From assembly GCF_009914755.1 (NCBI RefSeq), contig NC_060929.1: a stretch of DNA of 64,000 nt; one strand, written 5' to 3'. Shown piece after piece: positions 14,488 to 27,789 of this stretch (position 1 is the stretch's first letter; every line of letters starts with the position of its first letter). A program made the position numbers and the translations under genes. The stretch is from the human T2T-CHM13v2.0 reference genome, Homo sapiens. Below the pieces are notes generated by a model. It was not told where the DNA came from and ran no database searches. It was given only the letters and a program-made list of their open reading frames with translations.

Positions 14488-14634
14488 TTTATCTGTCTGT
14501 CTGTCTATCTATCTATCTAGCTAGCTAGCTATCTCTCTATCTCTCTGTCATCTATCTAATCTATATCTCTCTATCTCTCTGTCATCTATCTATCTATCTG
14601 TCTCTATCTGTCATCTATCTATCTATCTATCTAT
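14488..14634 (+). repeat. Interrupted (TCTA)n/(TCTG)n microsatellite
   Basis: Visible TCTA, TCTG and CTAG units with a repeated TCTCTCTATCTCTCTGTCATCTATC block. Confidence 0.9.
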
Positions 14635-14774
14635 TCTTCTTTTCACAAGGGTTGAAACCTGTGGCTTCCCTAATTATCTCAAGCTTAGCCCAGACTTGTG
14701 CCCTGGAATAATCCTATTTCCAATCGGAAGTAACTGAAAGAGCTCTATACGAATGGGCATTTAGAGAATGAAAG

Positions 14775-15010
14775 CAAGCAGATATTTGTTGAGTGGCAGC
14801 TTCTTGCCAGATGAAGTCTAATTAGCTTGTATCTATTATTTCACTTAGTTCTTCAAAATCAATGGGCTGGATGGCATTTCCCGCATTCTACATATGATAT
14901 AGCAAATCTAAGATAATCACATGATTTTCCCAAAATGTCAGAAATAACAAGTGGTAGAGGTGAGATCCAAATCCTTATCTCTCTAGCTCAAAGCTTTTGC
15001 CCTTTCCAAT
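14775..15010 (-). mobile_element. MIR
   Basis: ATTTGTTGAGTG...TTGCCAG, CATTCTACATATGA, AAGTGGTAGAGGTGAGATCCAAATCC. Confidence 0.65.
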
Positions 15011-15059
15011 AAACTGTAAAGACTCAATTTATTTTGTATCACCTTTTAGTACTTGAAGG

Positions 15060-15320
15060 TGGGATAGCCTGGAGGATAAACACACAGACTTTTTAACCCA
15101 GAATGCTTGGATTAAGATGTCTATTCTACCACTAATTAGATGTGTAGCTCTGCAATGCTATTCCACCTTACTGGGACTCAGTTTACTCCCCCATAAGGTG
15201 GGGATGATAGCAGTACCAGCCTTTAAGGATTGATAGAGTTAAAATGTGTGAAGGACCTGGGACATTTTCTGACATATAGTAAGCATCAATAAGTGTTAGC
15301 TATCTTTATTATTATTATCT
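15060..15320 (+). mobile_element. MIR
   Basis: CTACCACTAATTAGATGTGTAGCTC, ACTCAGTTTACTC...AAGGTGGGGATGATAGCAGTACC, ACATATAGTAAGCATCAATAAGTGTTAGCTAT. Confidence 0.85.
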
Positions 15321-15921
15321 GTGGGGATTATTATTATTTTTGTAGCCACGTGTGCCCCGTTTTCAGCAGCTGGTCCTTATCATACTCCCCCACCTTCCTT
15401 GTCTTCCAGGTTTCTGCCTGAGAGCTCCTTTAAGCCTGCAACTCTGATCCCCAGCTCAAAGGCTAGGTCCGCTGTCAGCTGCCAGGCCTACTTGAGCCCA
15501 GCTTCATGACCCACTGCCTGGAGCACCACAAACTGGCCACACTCAGGCTCTGTCTTCCTGTGATGGGCCGGCCCATGGGGTGCCACCTGTGAGACTTTGC
15601 AGGACTTTGCCCAGTGACAGCTGGCTTAGATGTGCAACTTTGCACTTAGCACTCCTCTTTCAGTACATTGCACTCTGCTTGCAAACTGGCAAAACATCCT
15701 TTTGTCTCTACCAGTGGGACCTGCCCCTACCCTTGGAGCAGATCTTGTTTTCAAATTCTGATACCACAAAATCTAAAAATGCACCCAGCCTGATCCACCT
15801 ATTATCCACTGAACTGAAGCCAGCATTCAAAGGGACACTAAAGAGAAAGCTTCTAAAGATAGAGAATGTGGATCCTCCCCAACCTTCAGAACACTCCAAA
15901 AACTTTCCTGAAAAGGCAATA

Positions 15922-16223
<302 letters not shown>

Positions 16224-18309
16224 GAAAAGGCAATAAATATGCATGACAGGGAAAAATCATAAATGTACTTCATTTTGAAAATTGGACAAACTGCACAGTA
16301 TTCAACTAATGTCATTAAGTGAGGTATCTCCAGACATGGTACAGTTCCACACAAAGAAATTCTATCCCAGTGTTTCTTGAAAAAATGCTGACTTCTGCAT
16401 CCTGACCCTCTCAGCTTCTTTTCTTGCCACCAAAACACATTCACTGGCACTTTGACTTATCTCATCCAAAAGACGGACTTGCAATGTAACCCCTGATTTG
16501 AAGTCACCTGTAGATCATCCCTAGCTTTTGCCACCTTTAATCTGATGTTAAAAAATGCTTAACACTGTCTCAGAAATTCAAAGCCTTCCCGATTACCTTT
16601 ATTGCTACAGGCATATCCTCAAGGAAACAGCACAGGGCTAAAGAGAAAAATATACATACTCTAAGGCTTCAAAGGACAGATTTCCCAACCTTTTCTAGTG
16701 CTCTAGAAATGGAATGATGAATTATTTGGCCTTGCAATATACCCAAAATTTCCCATGCTTTGTTTTGAAATTTCTAAATATTTGCATTTTCATTTTGCTT
16801 TTTGAAGATGCATACTTTGTACTTATACTACACCTTTCATCTAAAGTTCTCAAAAGTGTTCATGCAAACATTTCACAATGTGGAAGTTTGGTGTTCAAAT
16901 TTCAAATATAACAGAAGCAAAATCTTCCAGTGACTTTCTGAAAATATGTGTGCTCATAAAATGCATAAAACTAATATCAGATTGGAAGGATCTGCTGCTG
17001 GATAAACCACGTTTTACTATCTATCCTAAAATGATGTCATTGTTTCTATTAATAGCAGGACTCATACCTATACAGGATGAAAAGCCAAGTATTTGTAGGG
17101 CATCTCTTAATAAAACAACCTCTACTCTACAAAGTATAGGCGGGAAAGTATAAGACATAAATCTCTTTAAGCACTTACAATCTTGTTTAGAGAGCAAGGC
17201 TAACACTAGAAACAATTATAGAATGCTACAGTCTGTAATTAAATAAGGATTAATAAATTGTGTGGTACACCTGATAAGTTCAAAAGTAATTAAGAAAAGA
17301 AAAATGAGAGAGATTATTTGTTGTAGGCTAGGGACATGAAAACAAAGTGTGTAATTTACAGGTGGATCTTACAGATAGGTCCATAAGGTGTATGGATAAG
17401 CAGGAAAAAAAGAATGACATTCATGCCTGAAAGGAACATCAGAGAAGAAATAAGAAGTCCCTGAAGCAGGGCAGACTAGTAAACGGGTGCCTAACGCAGG
17501 AGGGGTGGCTAATAAGGAGGAAGGAAGAAAAGAAGAAGAGAAACTTCTTGACTAGAGCAGAGGATTTGTTACAGGCAGCTGAGGTAAATAACCTAAGATG
17601 GTTAAGGGGAAATGAGACTATATGAGGCTTTGAGTGCCTTGCTTGGCACTTGAGTGCCTTAGCTTGGATTTGATCCAGTAGGAAACCAATGCAGACTCTT
17701 AGCAGGAGAATGGCATGGCAGGGCCCTACTTTAAGACGAATATTCAGCTAACAGAGGATGAATAACATGGAGGGTAGTCTAATCATTTATTTGTTGTTTT
17801 CTAACAGAAGTCCTTATTTTACAGCATAACTTGAAAAGATCATAACCTTCTCTCATAATTTGTGAAACCTTGAGTAATTAAAAAGATGTTCAGAATTTCA
17901 GTTCAAATAGGAATAATGTATTTTTACACTGTTTTTATAAGAATTAAAATAGATCATATATAAGAAGTGATTGAGATATAGTAAACATTCTCTCCCCAAT
18001 AAACTCCTTCAATATTCTAAAAATATTCAGTGATGAGGTATAAATGAGATTCTGAGATTTAGACAGAGCTGTTACATGAAGTGTTCAGAAAGTTATAGAA
18101 CAATCACATTTAGTATTGAATCAATCAATGGTCTGCTCTTATTTCAGTGTGATCGACATAGACCTAGGACTCTTACTCATTCCAAATGACTTCATTAATA
18201 AGTCAGTATACTGAATTTTGACCCAAACTTAAATGGGGCAAGTCATTATAGCATTTCTGCTGCTGTGGGTATAAACCAGATTAAGAAATAAATGTATCGG
18301 GCTTCTAAC

Positions 18310-18790
18310 TGTTCATTTGTTCTTTCAGATACTTATTAAGCACCTATTAAGTGACAGGCATTGTTCCATGCATGCAAAATACAGCAGTGAACAAAAAGAA
18401 AAACCTCTATATTCATTTACCTTATATTCTACAGAGGGAGGACAGATACTAAGTTAATAAGTAAATATAAGTAAAATGTGTAAGTGATTAGTGAGTAAAA
18501 TACATTCTGTGAGATGGTGATATGTGCAAAGACAAAAATAGAGTGTATTAGCAGTAGGGATTGCAATTTTAGATAGCATGCCCAGAAAGAGATTCTTTGA
18601 AAAGACGACATTTGAGTAACAGCTTAATGGAGGGGCAGGAGTGAAGCCTGTAAGTGTCTGGAAGTACCTTGGTGTGTCTGAAGCACAGCTGGGGCCAAGT
18701 GAGCAGGGAAGAGAGGAGTAGAGAAGAGTTCAGAGATATCACAGGGTGTATGTAGGGTTGAACTGTGTAGTTACGGTCTTGTAAGTTTTG
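18310..18790 (-). mobile_element. L2a 3' region
   Basis: TTCATTTGTTC...TTATTAAGCACCTATT...AGGCATTGTTC...ATACAGCAGTGAACAAAA; GACATTTGAGTAA. Confidence 0.8.
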
Positions 18791-19990
18791 GCTACAGCAA
18801 ATCTATGGGTGCACAGCCCCTTAAAAAGAAAGCCAAAGAGAATAGCAGGACAATGGCTCCCCCTTAGAGGTGTCATGAAAAAGGCAGAAAAGGGCACCAA
18901 GCTCCAACCTGGCAGCACCAGGTATGCTTTCCCGCCAGTGCTGCCAGATTTTAAATGGCTTCCCCCAGCACCCAGCCTCAGAATCCTGTCTCCCATTGTA
19001 TTCTTATAAGCAGCAACAATGATCAGTATAACAAAGTAAAAATATAGTCACTGTGGTATTAAACATCATTAATGCATCAAAGTGCAGTCTATCTGTGGAC
19101 TAGCAATGGCACCAGGCTGCCCTTTGAGAACCGTTATCCTAGACCTGACGGGACACTATCCAGCATGCAGAAGTTGCCAACAAGGGCAAGGGATGCCAGC
19201 AAGTGCAGGAGGTGCCGGCAAGACAGATGGGATCTACAGGAAACCTGCCTCACTTGGGTTAGGCAGCCAGTGACAAGCATGAAAAGGTGAAGGAAAAAGC
19301 AACTCAAAGCTGATAAATTAAAACCAGATTTCTGAGATCTTTGCCTTTCTATCAACTGATTTAAAGCCAGGCTGCCTGGACTCTTATTTTCACTGAGCTG
19401 GAAGAGAAATCTGTGCTGGAAACCTCTATGTACAGTCAAATAACATTGCCAGCAAGCCCTTAGAAATCCTGCTTGTCCCCAAGGAAAGTATTTTTTCTTT
19501 TTTTCTTTTTTTTTTTTTTTTTTTTTTAGTGTTAATGAGCAGGTCGCCTGGGTTGCTCCCTGTATAGCACTAGAACCCTTATACTTTAGGAAATTAATCA
19601 GGAAATTCCTAATGATACGTAGCTTCCCGTTTTCCAGAGACAAAGAAAATTATGCTGTTGAAATGTTAAAAACATTGCTATGTCATTCTTTTCTCTCTGG
19701 ATAACAATGGAGATTTTGGAAAAGCTTCCTGTTGGCAATTCTGCCATTCATCTAAAAAACAAACACACTAGAATTTTAGCAACACTTCAATCCAGCAAAG
19801 GGCCTATTGTTGTATGGCATTAAATAAAATAGAGGAAGAATCAATAATGATAATGTCACAGGATGGTAAAATGTCATCATTATCTTATGGCAATTTTTGC
19901 AACATCATTCTAGTGTGGGATTTTTTTCCTAGTTTGGGCATAGTATTCATCTTCTGAGATAAGGTTAAGAAGTTATTACACTTACGCTGG

Positions 19991-20100
19991 CAGAGAGATG
20001 AGAAAGAGAGCCGGAGGGAGGAGAGTGGGAGGAGAGGAAAAGAGGGAGAAAGAGGGAGGGGGAGAAAAGGAGGGAGAGGGAAGGAGGGAGACAGAAAGAT
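19991..20100 (+). repeat. Polypurine (GA-rich) tract; polypyrimidine on the minus strand
   Basis: About 110 nt almost exclusively A/G, with several GGG runs at 20044-20088. Confidence 0.9.
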
Positions 20101-21169
20101 CATGAAGGCAAGTATAAAATGGTTGTGTTTTTTAATTATCTTGAACCTAATGAAGTGTTTGCTTTAAGTTGGGAAATTCTCTGCAATAATTATCTTAGTT
20201 GAGAATTTAATAAAAGCTACCATCAGAAACCTTGCTAAGTAAGTAAATTACTTATTTTTAAGTAATTACTTTTCTATTTATGCAGCTATAAGGCAAAATA
20301 CATTGAAAAGAAAGGAAAATACACAGCAGCTCAGTCTTATTTCCCTCAATGTGAATTGAAAGCACAAATTTTGAGATCCATACTAACTTAGAATCTACAA
20401 ATGTCAATGTAGATTCTAAATTGGGAAAAAAATAATACTGCCAGTTTCCTTAACTACTTAACAAATGTACTAAATCTAATATATTAAATCAAAATAAAAG
20501 CAAAGCTTTAGTAAAACTGCTATTTGTGACAATTTTTAGTAATTGTCCAGGTTTTTAAAAAATCCATTAATGTTGGCAAAGATAAACTGAGAATTGAAAA
20601 AATTATATATAAATCCTCAAGCTTTTGATTTTTTGATTTACCTCAAAAAAGAGATGTCTCATTTGTTTTTTTTTAAAAAAAACAACTTTTAAAACCACAT
20701 GCTAAAATAAAGAAAGCAGCCTCATTAAATTATAAAATCAAATTTAACTTTTGAAACAGCAAAGTAATCAATACATAGATGCATTCAATCCTTAAAACAA
20801 GGAAAATAAAGCTGCATTCCACCAGGAAGCGAATTAAATTATTCCAGACCAACTCCTTGCTTATTTAGCAAAAGATAGTAAAGGCTTTCCCAAAAAGGAA
20901 ACAAAAATATCTCTGAAGTAAAAAAGGATACACCCCCCTCCCCAATTTTTTTAACCTGGAAGCTCTTTGATGTCTAAGAAACCATGTTAATTAACTGTTT
21001 TAAAACCTATTTCAAACCTCACTGTTTATGTAAATACTCATGGCACGGTATTATTTTTATAGGGTTTCCTAATTTTTTTTTTTTTTTCAGAAATATTAGA
21101 TTACAGCCCAGGTAGTTCTGGTAGGCTACAATGTAGGGGAAGATGACCAGGTGGCCTCAGGGACCAAGA

Positions 21170-21700
21170 ACAGTTTCACTTTGGTGCTTCTATTTCTAAC
21201 AGCTGCGTTTCCATCCTAATGGTGGATGCTCTTTTATGGCAGGCCAGGCCACTGCAAATGGCCCAAGCTGAGAAGCGGCACAGCCACAGCTGGCGGGGGC
21301 GGAGAGCCTGGCGCTGAGCCTGCATGGGACTGGGGCGGACTGAGGGGCGCGACAGGAGCCGGCCAAGCCCCTCAGCCGCTTTCTCTCCACCTGGGCGCTG
21401 GAATCATTGAGCCCTGTCACTCTGCTGAAATGACAGAGGTGTCCTCCGAGCTCGGTGACGCTCAGTAGACCAAGAACGAAACCGTCATTCCGGAAACACA
21501 GCTCCTAATACATTTCTCTGCACCCAGGGACCCTCACATTAGCTCGTAGATGCCATTTCTGTCCCTGGAGGTTGAAGGAGTTTGTGTGGACTTTAACCAG
21601 TTCCCAGGAGGCGGAAAGAAAACGGGTCAAGCAACATCCATTTTGCAGATTGGGGAGCTAATGTACAGAGCAACCCTTCACAGGGCACTGGGGACGGGTC
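21170..21700 (-). promoter_or_regulatory. Small CpG-enriched promoter/enhancer, probably minus-oriented
   Basis: About 20 CpGs in 500 bp of non-repeat DNA in an otherwise CpG-poor window; GC boxes at 21296-21304 and 21332-21340; minus-strand CATAAAAG at 21231-21238; AGTTTCACTTT at 21172-21182. Confidence 0.65.
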
Positions 21701-21787
21701 CAGATCCCATTTCATATGGCACAGGTCTCTAAGCTGTCCTCAAGAGAAAGCTACTTGCTTTAAGAATCTTGGGGGGGTGGGGTAGGG

Positions 21788-21945
21788 AATATATATATGT
21801 ATATACAAATATATATATAGATATATATGTATAATGTATATATACAAATGTTTATTTGTATATATGTTTTATATATTGTGTTTATTACGCGTTTTATTTG
21901 TATATTTTTATTTATATTATATGAATAACATTTTTATATATTTTT
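21788..21945 (+). repeat. (TA)n-rich low-complexity tract
   Basis: ATATATATATGTATATAC... degenerate TA repeats. Confidence 0.85.
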
Positions 21946-22537
21946 TCTCATTTAATGTTTCCATATTTGTTGTCTATGCATCATATGCATATTAAAAATG
22001 AAAAACAGAAAAGAGAGAACTAGAAAAAAATTAAAAGAAGATGTTACTTGTGAAACTGTGTGTGCTTCCCTACCCCTACCCTCATTTTCGTGGTTTATTT
22101 TGGTTTTTAAATTAGCTATTTGGGTGGTAGCAAATCACCCACCTGAAGGTACAGTATTTACTGGTACTCTATATACTGAATGAAAATGTCTTAAAATATT
22201 TCCTGAGCATGTCTTTATGTAAGAACACCTGAAATTGTGCATAGGCTACTTTTTGAATCCATGATTAACTTAATTTCAAGGCAAGAAATCTGTGTTTTGG
22301 AGGCTTCAGAGTGACTGAAAGAGGCTCATAAATCTAGAAGCTCCCCAAGCATTACTTGCAAAAGGAAGATATCGTTGCATATATATGTAATTTTTAAATG
22401 TACATAGCAGCTGTTATCATGAATTTTAGAAATTTATTTTAAGTGTCACTAAATTCATAGTAGTTCTTTGTCATTATATATATATTTTTTTTCTCAAGTA
22501 ACACATTCTAAATATGTAATTATTCTTATGTGGAACT

Positions 22538-23112
22538 GTCACAGACTGGTAAATTTGCCTGCTTAGCATCCATTTTCTATTTTCTCTTTTTATAATAGAA
22601 AAATCATAACTTTCTGTGATTCTCATGGAAAAATCCTTTCCATGTTTTGGGTGTGACTGACAAGATTCCCTCCACCAGCAGGATGGGCATGTAACCCAGA
22701 TTTAGCCAATTGGAGCACTCTATGCTTACAGCCTGCAAGTGATTGGTGCAGTGAAAGGCACCTGACCTAAGCCAGGCCAATCAATCTCTTCCCTAAGATT
22801 TGACCTGGGGATACTAGAAGAGAGAAAGTTCTCTTCTTTTGGGATCAGAAGTTGTAAGCAATATGTAGGTCTGGTTTCCAGAGTTCAGTTTTTCCTAGTT
22901 TCATGGAAAAAGCCTGCCTAACAATGACGCCAATACAGAGGGCAGACAAGCAAAGCAAAAGAGGGAGAGAGAAAGGTTTAACCCGATTGCACCACTTAAG
23001 CAGCTAATGCTAGATCTGTCCCCACTGCACTTAAAGTTGTATGTGTCAATAAATTCATTTTTTGCATAAATGACTTTAAGTTGATTTTCTGTAACAAAGT
23101 CTTGCCTAATAC
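22538..23112 (+). mobile_element. MLT1 (J/K/L-like) MaLR solo LTR
   Basis: TG start, duplicated GGGCATGTAACCCAG...GCCAAT / CACCTGACCTAAGCCAGGCCAATCA, AATAAATTC, terminal CCTAATAC. Confidence 0.75.
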
Positions 23113-23439
23113 TAGGGGTACACAGAATTTTTGTTACTGAAAAGATGTCATACTACAAAAATTGATAACTGCTGCACTACAGCATTTTCCCATTATTATC
23201 CACTTCCTTCTTCCTAAACTTTTGTTCTTCTTTGGTTGCCATAATGCTACATTTTCCTGCGTTCTTCCCTTGACCCCGTGACCATTCATCCTTAGTCTCC
23301 TCAATTGTCCCTTGAATGTTCATGTTCTCAGGTGCTTCTCTTCTCTATAGATTTCCTTATCCATGTCATCCATCTTTTGTCTAGTATATATGATGAATTG
23401 GTCCTCAACATTAATTTCTCCCTTCTTCCAGAGAGCTCA

Positions 23440-23930
23440 CCTGTATTGTGGAGTCTGGAAAGGCAAAAACTACAATTATCAGACTACTTTGCGATAAGAG
23501 TTTCAAATACATATTAGATTCCACCAGTTTCATGTGCTCTAGTGAGACAGCTGGCAGACAGAAGCGAAGCAGGGGCTATTTTCCTATTGCTTTGGTTATT
23601 GTTGCTGGCAAATAGGGGTGTGGAAATATTAGGTTTGGGGCAGCAATGGCCCTGTGTGGAGTCACTGACACCATGGTGTCTGAAGAATTGTAGCAGCCAT
23701 GTTGGTGGCAGCCTCCTGTTCCCAGGATTTCCATCATACTATACGTTCTTGAACTCCAAAGGTTCACGGGCAGCCTTCTGGGATGATTCTCTTGAGACCA
23801 GTCGGATGGTCTTGTTCTGGGAGTCATTTCTGGAAGCCTACCTCTTCTCCCCTCCCGATTCTTTTCGCAATTCTCTGTAAAAGCTAGGAAAGTTTGCCAT
23901 TCCATTTCTTCAAAATTCTCTTCCCCCGTT
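23440..23930 (+). mobile_element. LTR33-like ERVL LTR (approximate)
   Basis: CTGGAAAGGCAAAAACTACAATTATCAGACTACTTTGC...AGATTCCACCAG...CAGAAGCGAAGCAGGGGCTATTTTCC resembles LTR33 as I recall it. Confidence 0.55.
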
Positions 23931-25957
23931 GACAACAGAATAAATTTTTTTTAAACTTTTTTTATAGTCAATAAGGCCAGGCATTATGGAGCCACTGCTT
24001 CCAAGAGTAGCCTTGGCTGCTGCGTTTCTGCTACACCTTTACACAATGACAAGCCAGTCTTCCTTTATGCCTCTGTCATTGGCACCTGTCCTCCATTTTC
24101 CTAGACCTCCCTCTGGCCCTCAATTGCCCTGTAAATCTATGCAGCCTTCTCAGACTCGTCCAGCGAGATTAGGTGTCTGTAGGCACCACAGGACTTTATG
24201 CTGAATGCTTTTAGAATAATCATCTTAATGTATTATAATTTTGTTTTAATGTTTCTTTCACTATAATTGAAATTAATTGAGGTCATGGGAAGTGAATTTT
24301 TCTTGGTTTCCCCTGAGCCTATCATAGTACATGATACTTAAATGAACAAGGTGGGAATTAAACCTTCCCTCAATTTACGAACCATTGCAGACGCTCAACT
24401 TCCATATCATCTCCTTGAGAGAGATGCTAAGATCACAAATAAAATGTTTTCTCTTTGAGAAGAGAGTACATACATATGAAAACTTTATTAGTATCACTTC
24501 TCATGTAGCCTCCAGAAAGTTTTCTACCACCAGGCACCATTCTAAATCATTTAAAGCCAAGGAAACGTCAACGGTGTCCTGAAATACACACAAACTCAAT
24601 TCTGCTCATGACCTAGTCCACTTTTCTATTTTCTCCAGCAAATTCATAGAAAGGAGACAGGATACTTTGACAATCTTTCTCTTGTGTTATCTTCAATACT
24701 TTCTAGTTTGTGTGTTTACATAACTTATAGAATATTTTTTAAACTTGATTTAAATGAAGATGCCCCATGTTTGTTACCTACGAGTAAGGTGGTGAACACA
24801 GGCACTGTTAATGAACTTAATAAAAATGAATTTAGTATAACTACTAGATACCAATTTAATAATATTATTTATCTTAATACTTGAAGAAGAATTAAAGATT
24901 ACTTGTTAGGGCAGAATTAGAAACTGCAAAGTATGAAATAGTGATGTTAGCAGGCATACCACACTATCATGACATATTATGGACAAGTATTTTAACCATG
25001 GTGCATGGTCCTTCAGAAACTGAACAGAGGACAGAGGCCCTTATTGATTCTTAATACTTACTTAGAATAGAGAAAATACCATACTCCAAACAGGAGTTTG
25101 TCCTAAAAGGAGACATTTAAACCTAAAGTGTTCAAGGAAGAAAGAAAGCTTCTAAAGTGGAATCTCTGTGCCCCAGAAGTCCTTGAGCCACTCAATACTT
25201 AAAGTTCCATCATCTGAAATGTAACAGGTGAAGAAAAATATCACCTGATACAGTTATTATTGCAGAATCTGTATTCTTCCTCTCTCCCATGCTACTCTCA
25301 GAATCATCTCTTGTATGTCAGTAGTGATGCAACGTTGCTACCAAAAAAATTCTTGCTCCCAGATTTTAATTTATGAGGTAGGCTAACTGAAATTATTGGC
25401 CATGACTGATAGAAAGAGAGCAGTATGATTCACTCCTCTGTAGCGATTTCTATGATTCATTTGGCGACCAAATCTGGAACTGACAGAATTTAGAATCAGA
25501 CCTTTTTAATCCCAATTGGAAATACTACTTAAAGACATTTGGTATCTGGTATATACACAACAAGAACACGTAAATAAAAGAAAAATCAACCAACCACAAA
25601 ATCTGATTAGGCTGAACAGATAAAAAAACTGTAGAGCAGAGGTTAAGGCTACTTGCAATGGGATAAAAAACTATCCTTGTGTTTTAAAAAATGCTACTTA
25701 TGAGGATTTTTTTCCCTTCTGCAAGATGCATGGCCTCCAAGAAATTAATCTGATATATGAATCTATCTCTTACCCCAACCCTCAAGCAAATCAAAATTGC
25801 AAAATTAATTGAGGAGCAAATATTTTCATTTTTATAATAAAGGCTCTTTATTTTCCAAAGAAAATACAGTTTCTTTTAATTGAAAGTTTCCCTAATGAGA
25901 CAAAATATGATGTATAAAGGACTTATTCATGTTAATATGTTTAGGGACGTATCTTTT

Positions 25958-26140
25958 ATCTACTTCTTAAAGTGTGATCCCTGGACAAGCAACAGCAGCA
26001 TCACTAGGAGCTTGTTAAATGTTGGGGCCCTATCCCAGACCTATGTTATCATAAACTCTGAGAGATTTGGCCCAGCAATCTATATCTTAACCAGCCGTCC
26101 AGATGATTTGTACACATGTTAAAGTTTGAGAATCACATAT
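25958..26140. mobile_element. MER5A hAT-Charlie MITE
   Basis: CTTAAAGTGTGATCCCTGGAC...AGCAGCATCACTAGGAGCTTGTTAAATG...GGCCCAGCAATC...AAAGTTTGAGAATCAC. Confidence 0.85.
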
Positions 26141-26764
26141 CCCAATATAAATAAGATAGAAATAAGAATTGAATAGAGTTCCCTAAGAAGTGCTTATTGC
26201 TACAGAGTTAATACTAGAAGTAGCAATTATTCAAAAGCAACTATGTTGTTTATCTGTCACAGTTATCAATTATCTAAATGCTGTTGTAGCCATAAGAATT
26301 TTATACTCATGTTGGAGAAACTTAGGAAGGAAAGGGAATTAAACATGAATTACTAACACAAGATCTTTTAAGGGTGATAATTTGGGAGATTCTGGGGCCC
26401 CTATTTTACCAACAGGAGCATCTCCTTGGAACCAGTAAGAGAAAATCAGATAGCGCTTTATTCTGATGGATGTAATATAGGGATCCACCTTTGGCCTTAA
26501 AACCCCATGAAAGTGACTTCCAAGTAAGAGTCTGGAATTGCATCTTGTATTTCTATTTTGCTTAGGCCTGCAGTGATCCTCTATAGAGCCCCAGTTCTGA
26601 GAGCCAGAGACTTTCAACAACCAGCTCACATGAGTCAAGCATTTTTATTTCCTTTGTAATAGACATCTATTATTTGTGTCTGCCCAGCACCTTATTTCCC
26701 TTCTCTTGGTAGTGGCATACCTACTTCTTTGAGGAAATTGCTTCCTTCTTTATTTCAACCTGTG

Positions 26765-27760
26765 ATTACATACTTTAAATGTAAATGGATTAAATTTTCC
26801 AATCAAATGACAAATTGGCAGCATAGATTAAAAAACAGAATCCAACAATACGCTATCTACAAGAAACTCACTTTAGATCCAAAGACACAGATAGATTAAA
26901 AATAAAACGATGAAACAAATATTCCATGTAAAGAGTTAACCAAAAGAGAGCAGGAGTGGTTATGCTAATATAAGACAAAATAAACTTTAAATCAAAAAAA
27001 CTGCAAGAGACAAAGAAAGACATATTACATATTAGTAACAGTTTCAGTACATCAAGAAATATAACCATTTTAAACATTTATGCCACCAATAGGACAATAA
27101 AAATATGAAGCAAAAACTGACAGAACTGAGAAGAAAAATAGACAGTTCTATAATAATAGTTGGATACTTTAATACTCTGCTTTCATTAATGGATAGAACA
27201 ATCAGACAGAAAATCAAGTAAGAAAATGAAAGACAACACAATAACCAATTTGATCTAATAGACAGGTATGGAACACTACCCAACAATAACATCATATACA
27301 TTCTTCTCAATGCACATGGGACATTTTTCAGGATAGACAAACATGGTAAGCCAGAATTTAAGTCACAGTATGTTATATACATACAATGGAATATTATTCA
27401 GCCTTAAAAAGGAAGGAAATTCTAACATATTCTACAGCATGGATAAATCTTGAGGACATTATACCAAGTGCACAGAAGACAAATATTGTATAATTCCTCT
27501 TATATTACATACTTAGAGTAGTCAAAATCATAGGGACAGAAAATTGGCAGGGGGTTGCCAGACAATGGGGACAAGGAGGAATGGGGAGTTGTTGTTTAAT
27601 GAATACAGAGTTTTGGTTTTATAAAATAAAAAGAGTTCTGGAGATGGGTAATGATTATGGTTTTACAACATTATGAATGTTTTTATTAACACTAAACTGT
27701 ATACTTAAAAATGGCCAAGATGGTAAATTTTATGTATGTGAATATTACAATTTTTTTAAT
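26765..27760 (+). mobile_element. L1MB-type element: ORF2 endonuclease region fused directly to the 3' end
   Basis: ACTTTAAATGTAAATGGATTAAA (ORF2 start) to GGATAGAC about 27340, then ATACAATGGAATATTATTCAGCCTTAAAAAGGAAGGAAATTCT and an L1MB 3' UTR. Confidence 0.85.
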
Positions 27761-27789
27761 GGGGAAAGAAACAAACCTAGCATCTGTCA

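Noticed and set aside
17630-17667. Short direct duplications (also 47498-47533, 52830-52850, 56331-56353)
   Set aside because: Ordinary slippage-type microduplications inside old repeats.
19493-19529. Poly-T followed by AG as a plus-strand acceptor (also 21073-21090)
   Set aside because: No convincing downstream donor or coding frame; poly-T runs are common in this window.
21226-21468. 80-aa plus-strand ORF across the GC-rich element
   Set aside because: An expected by-product of locally high GC content; no recognisable similarity and no strong donor site.
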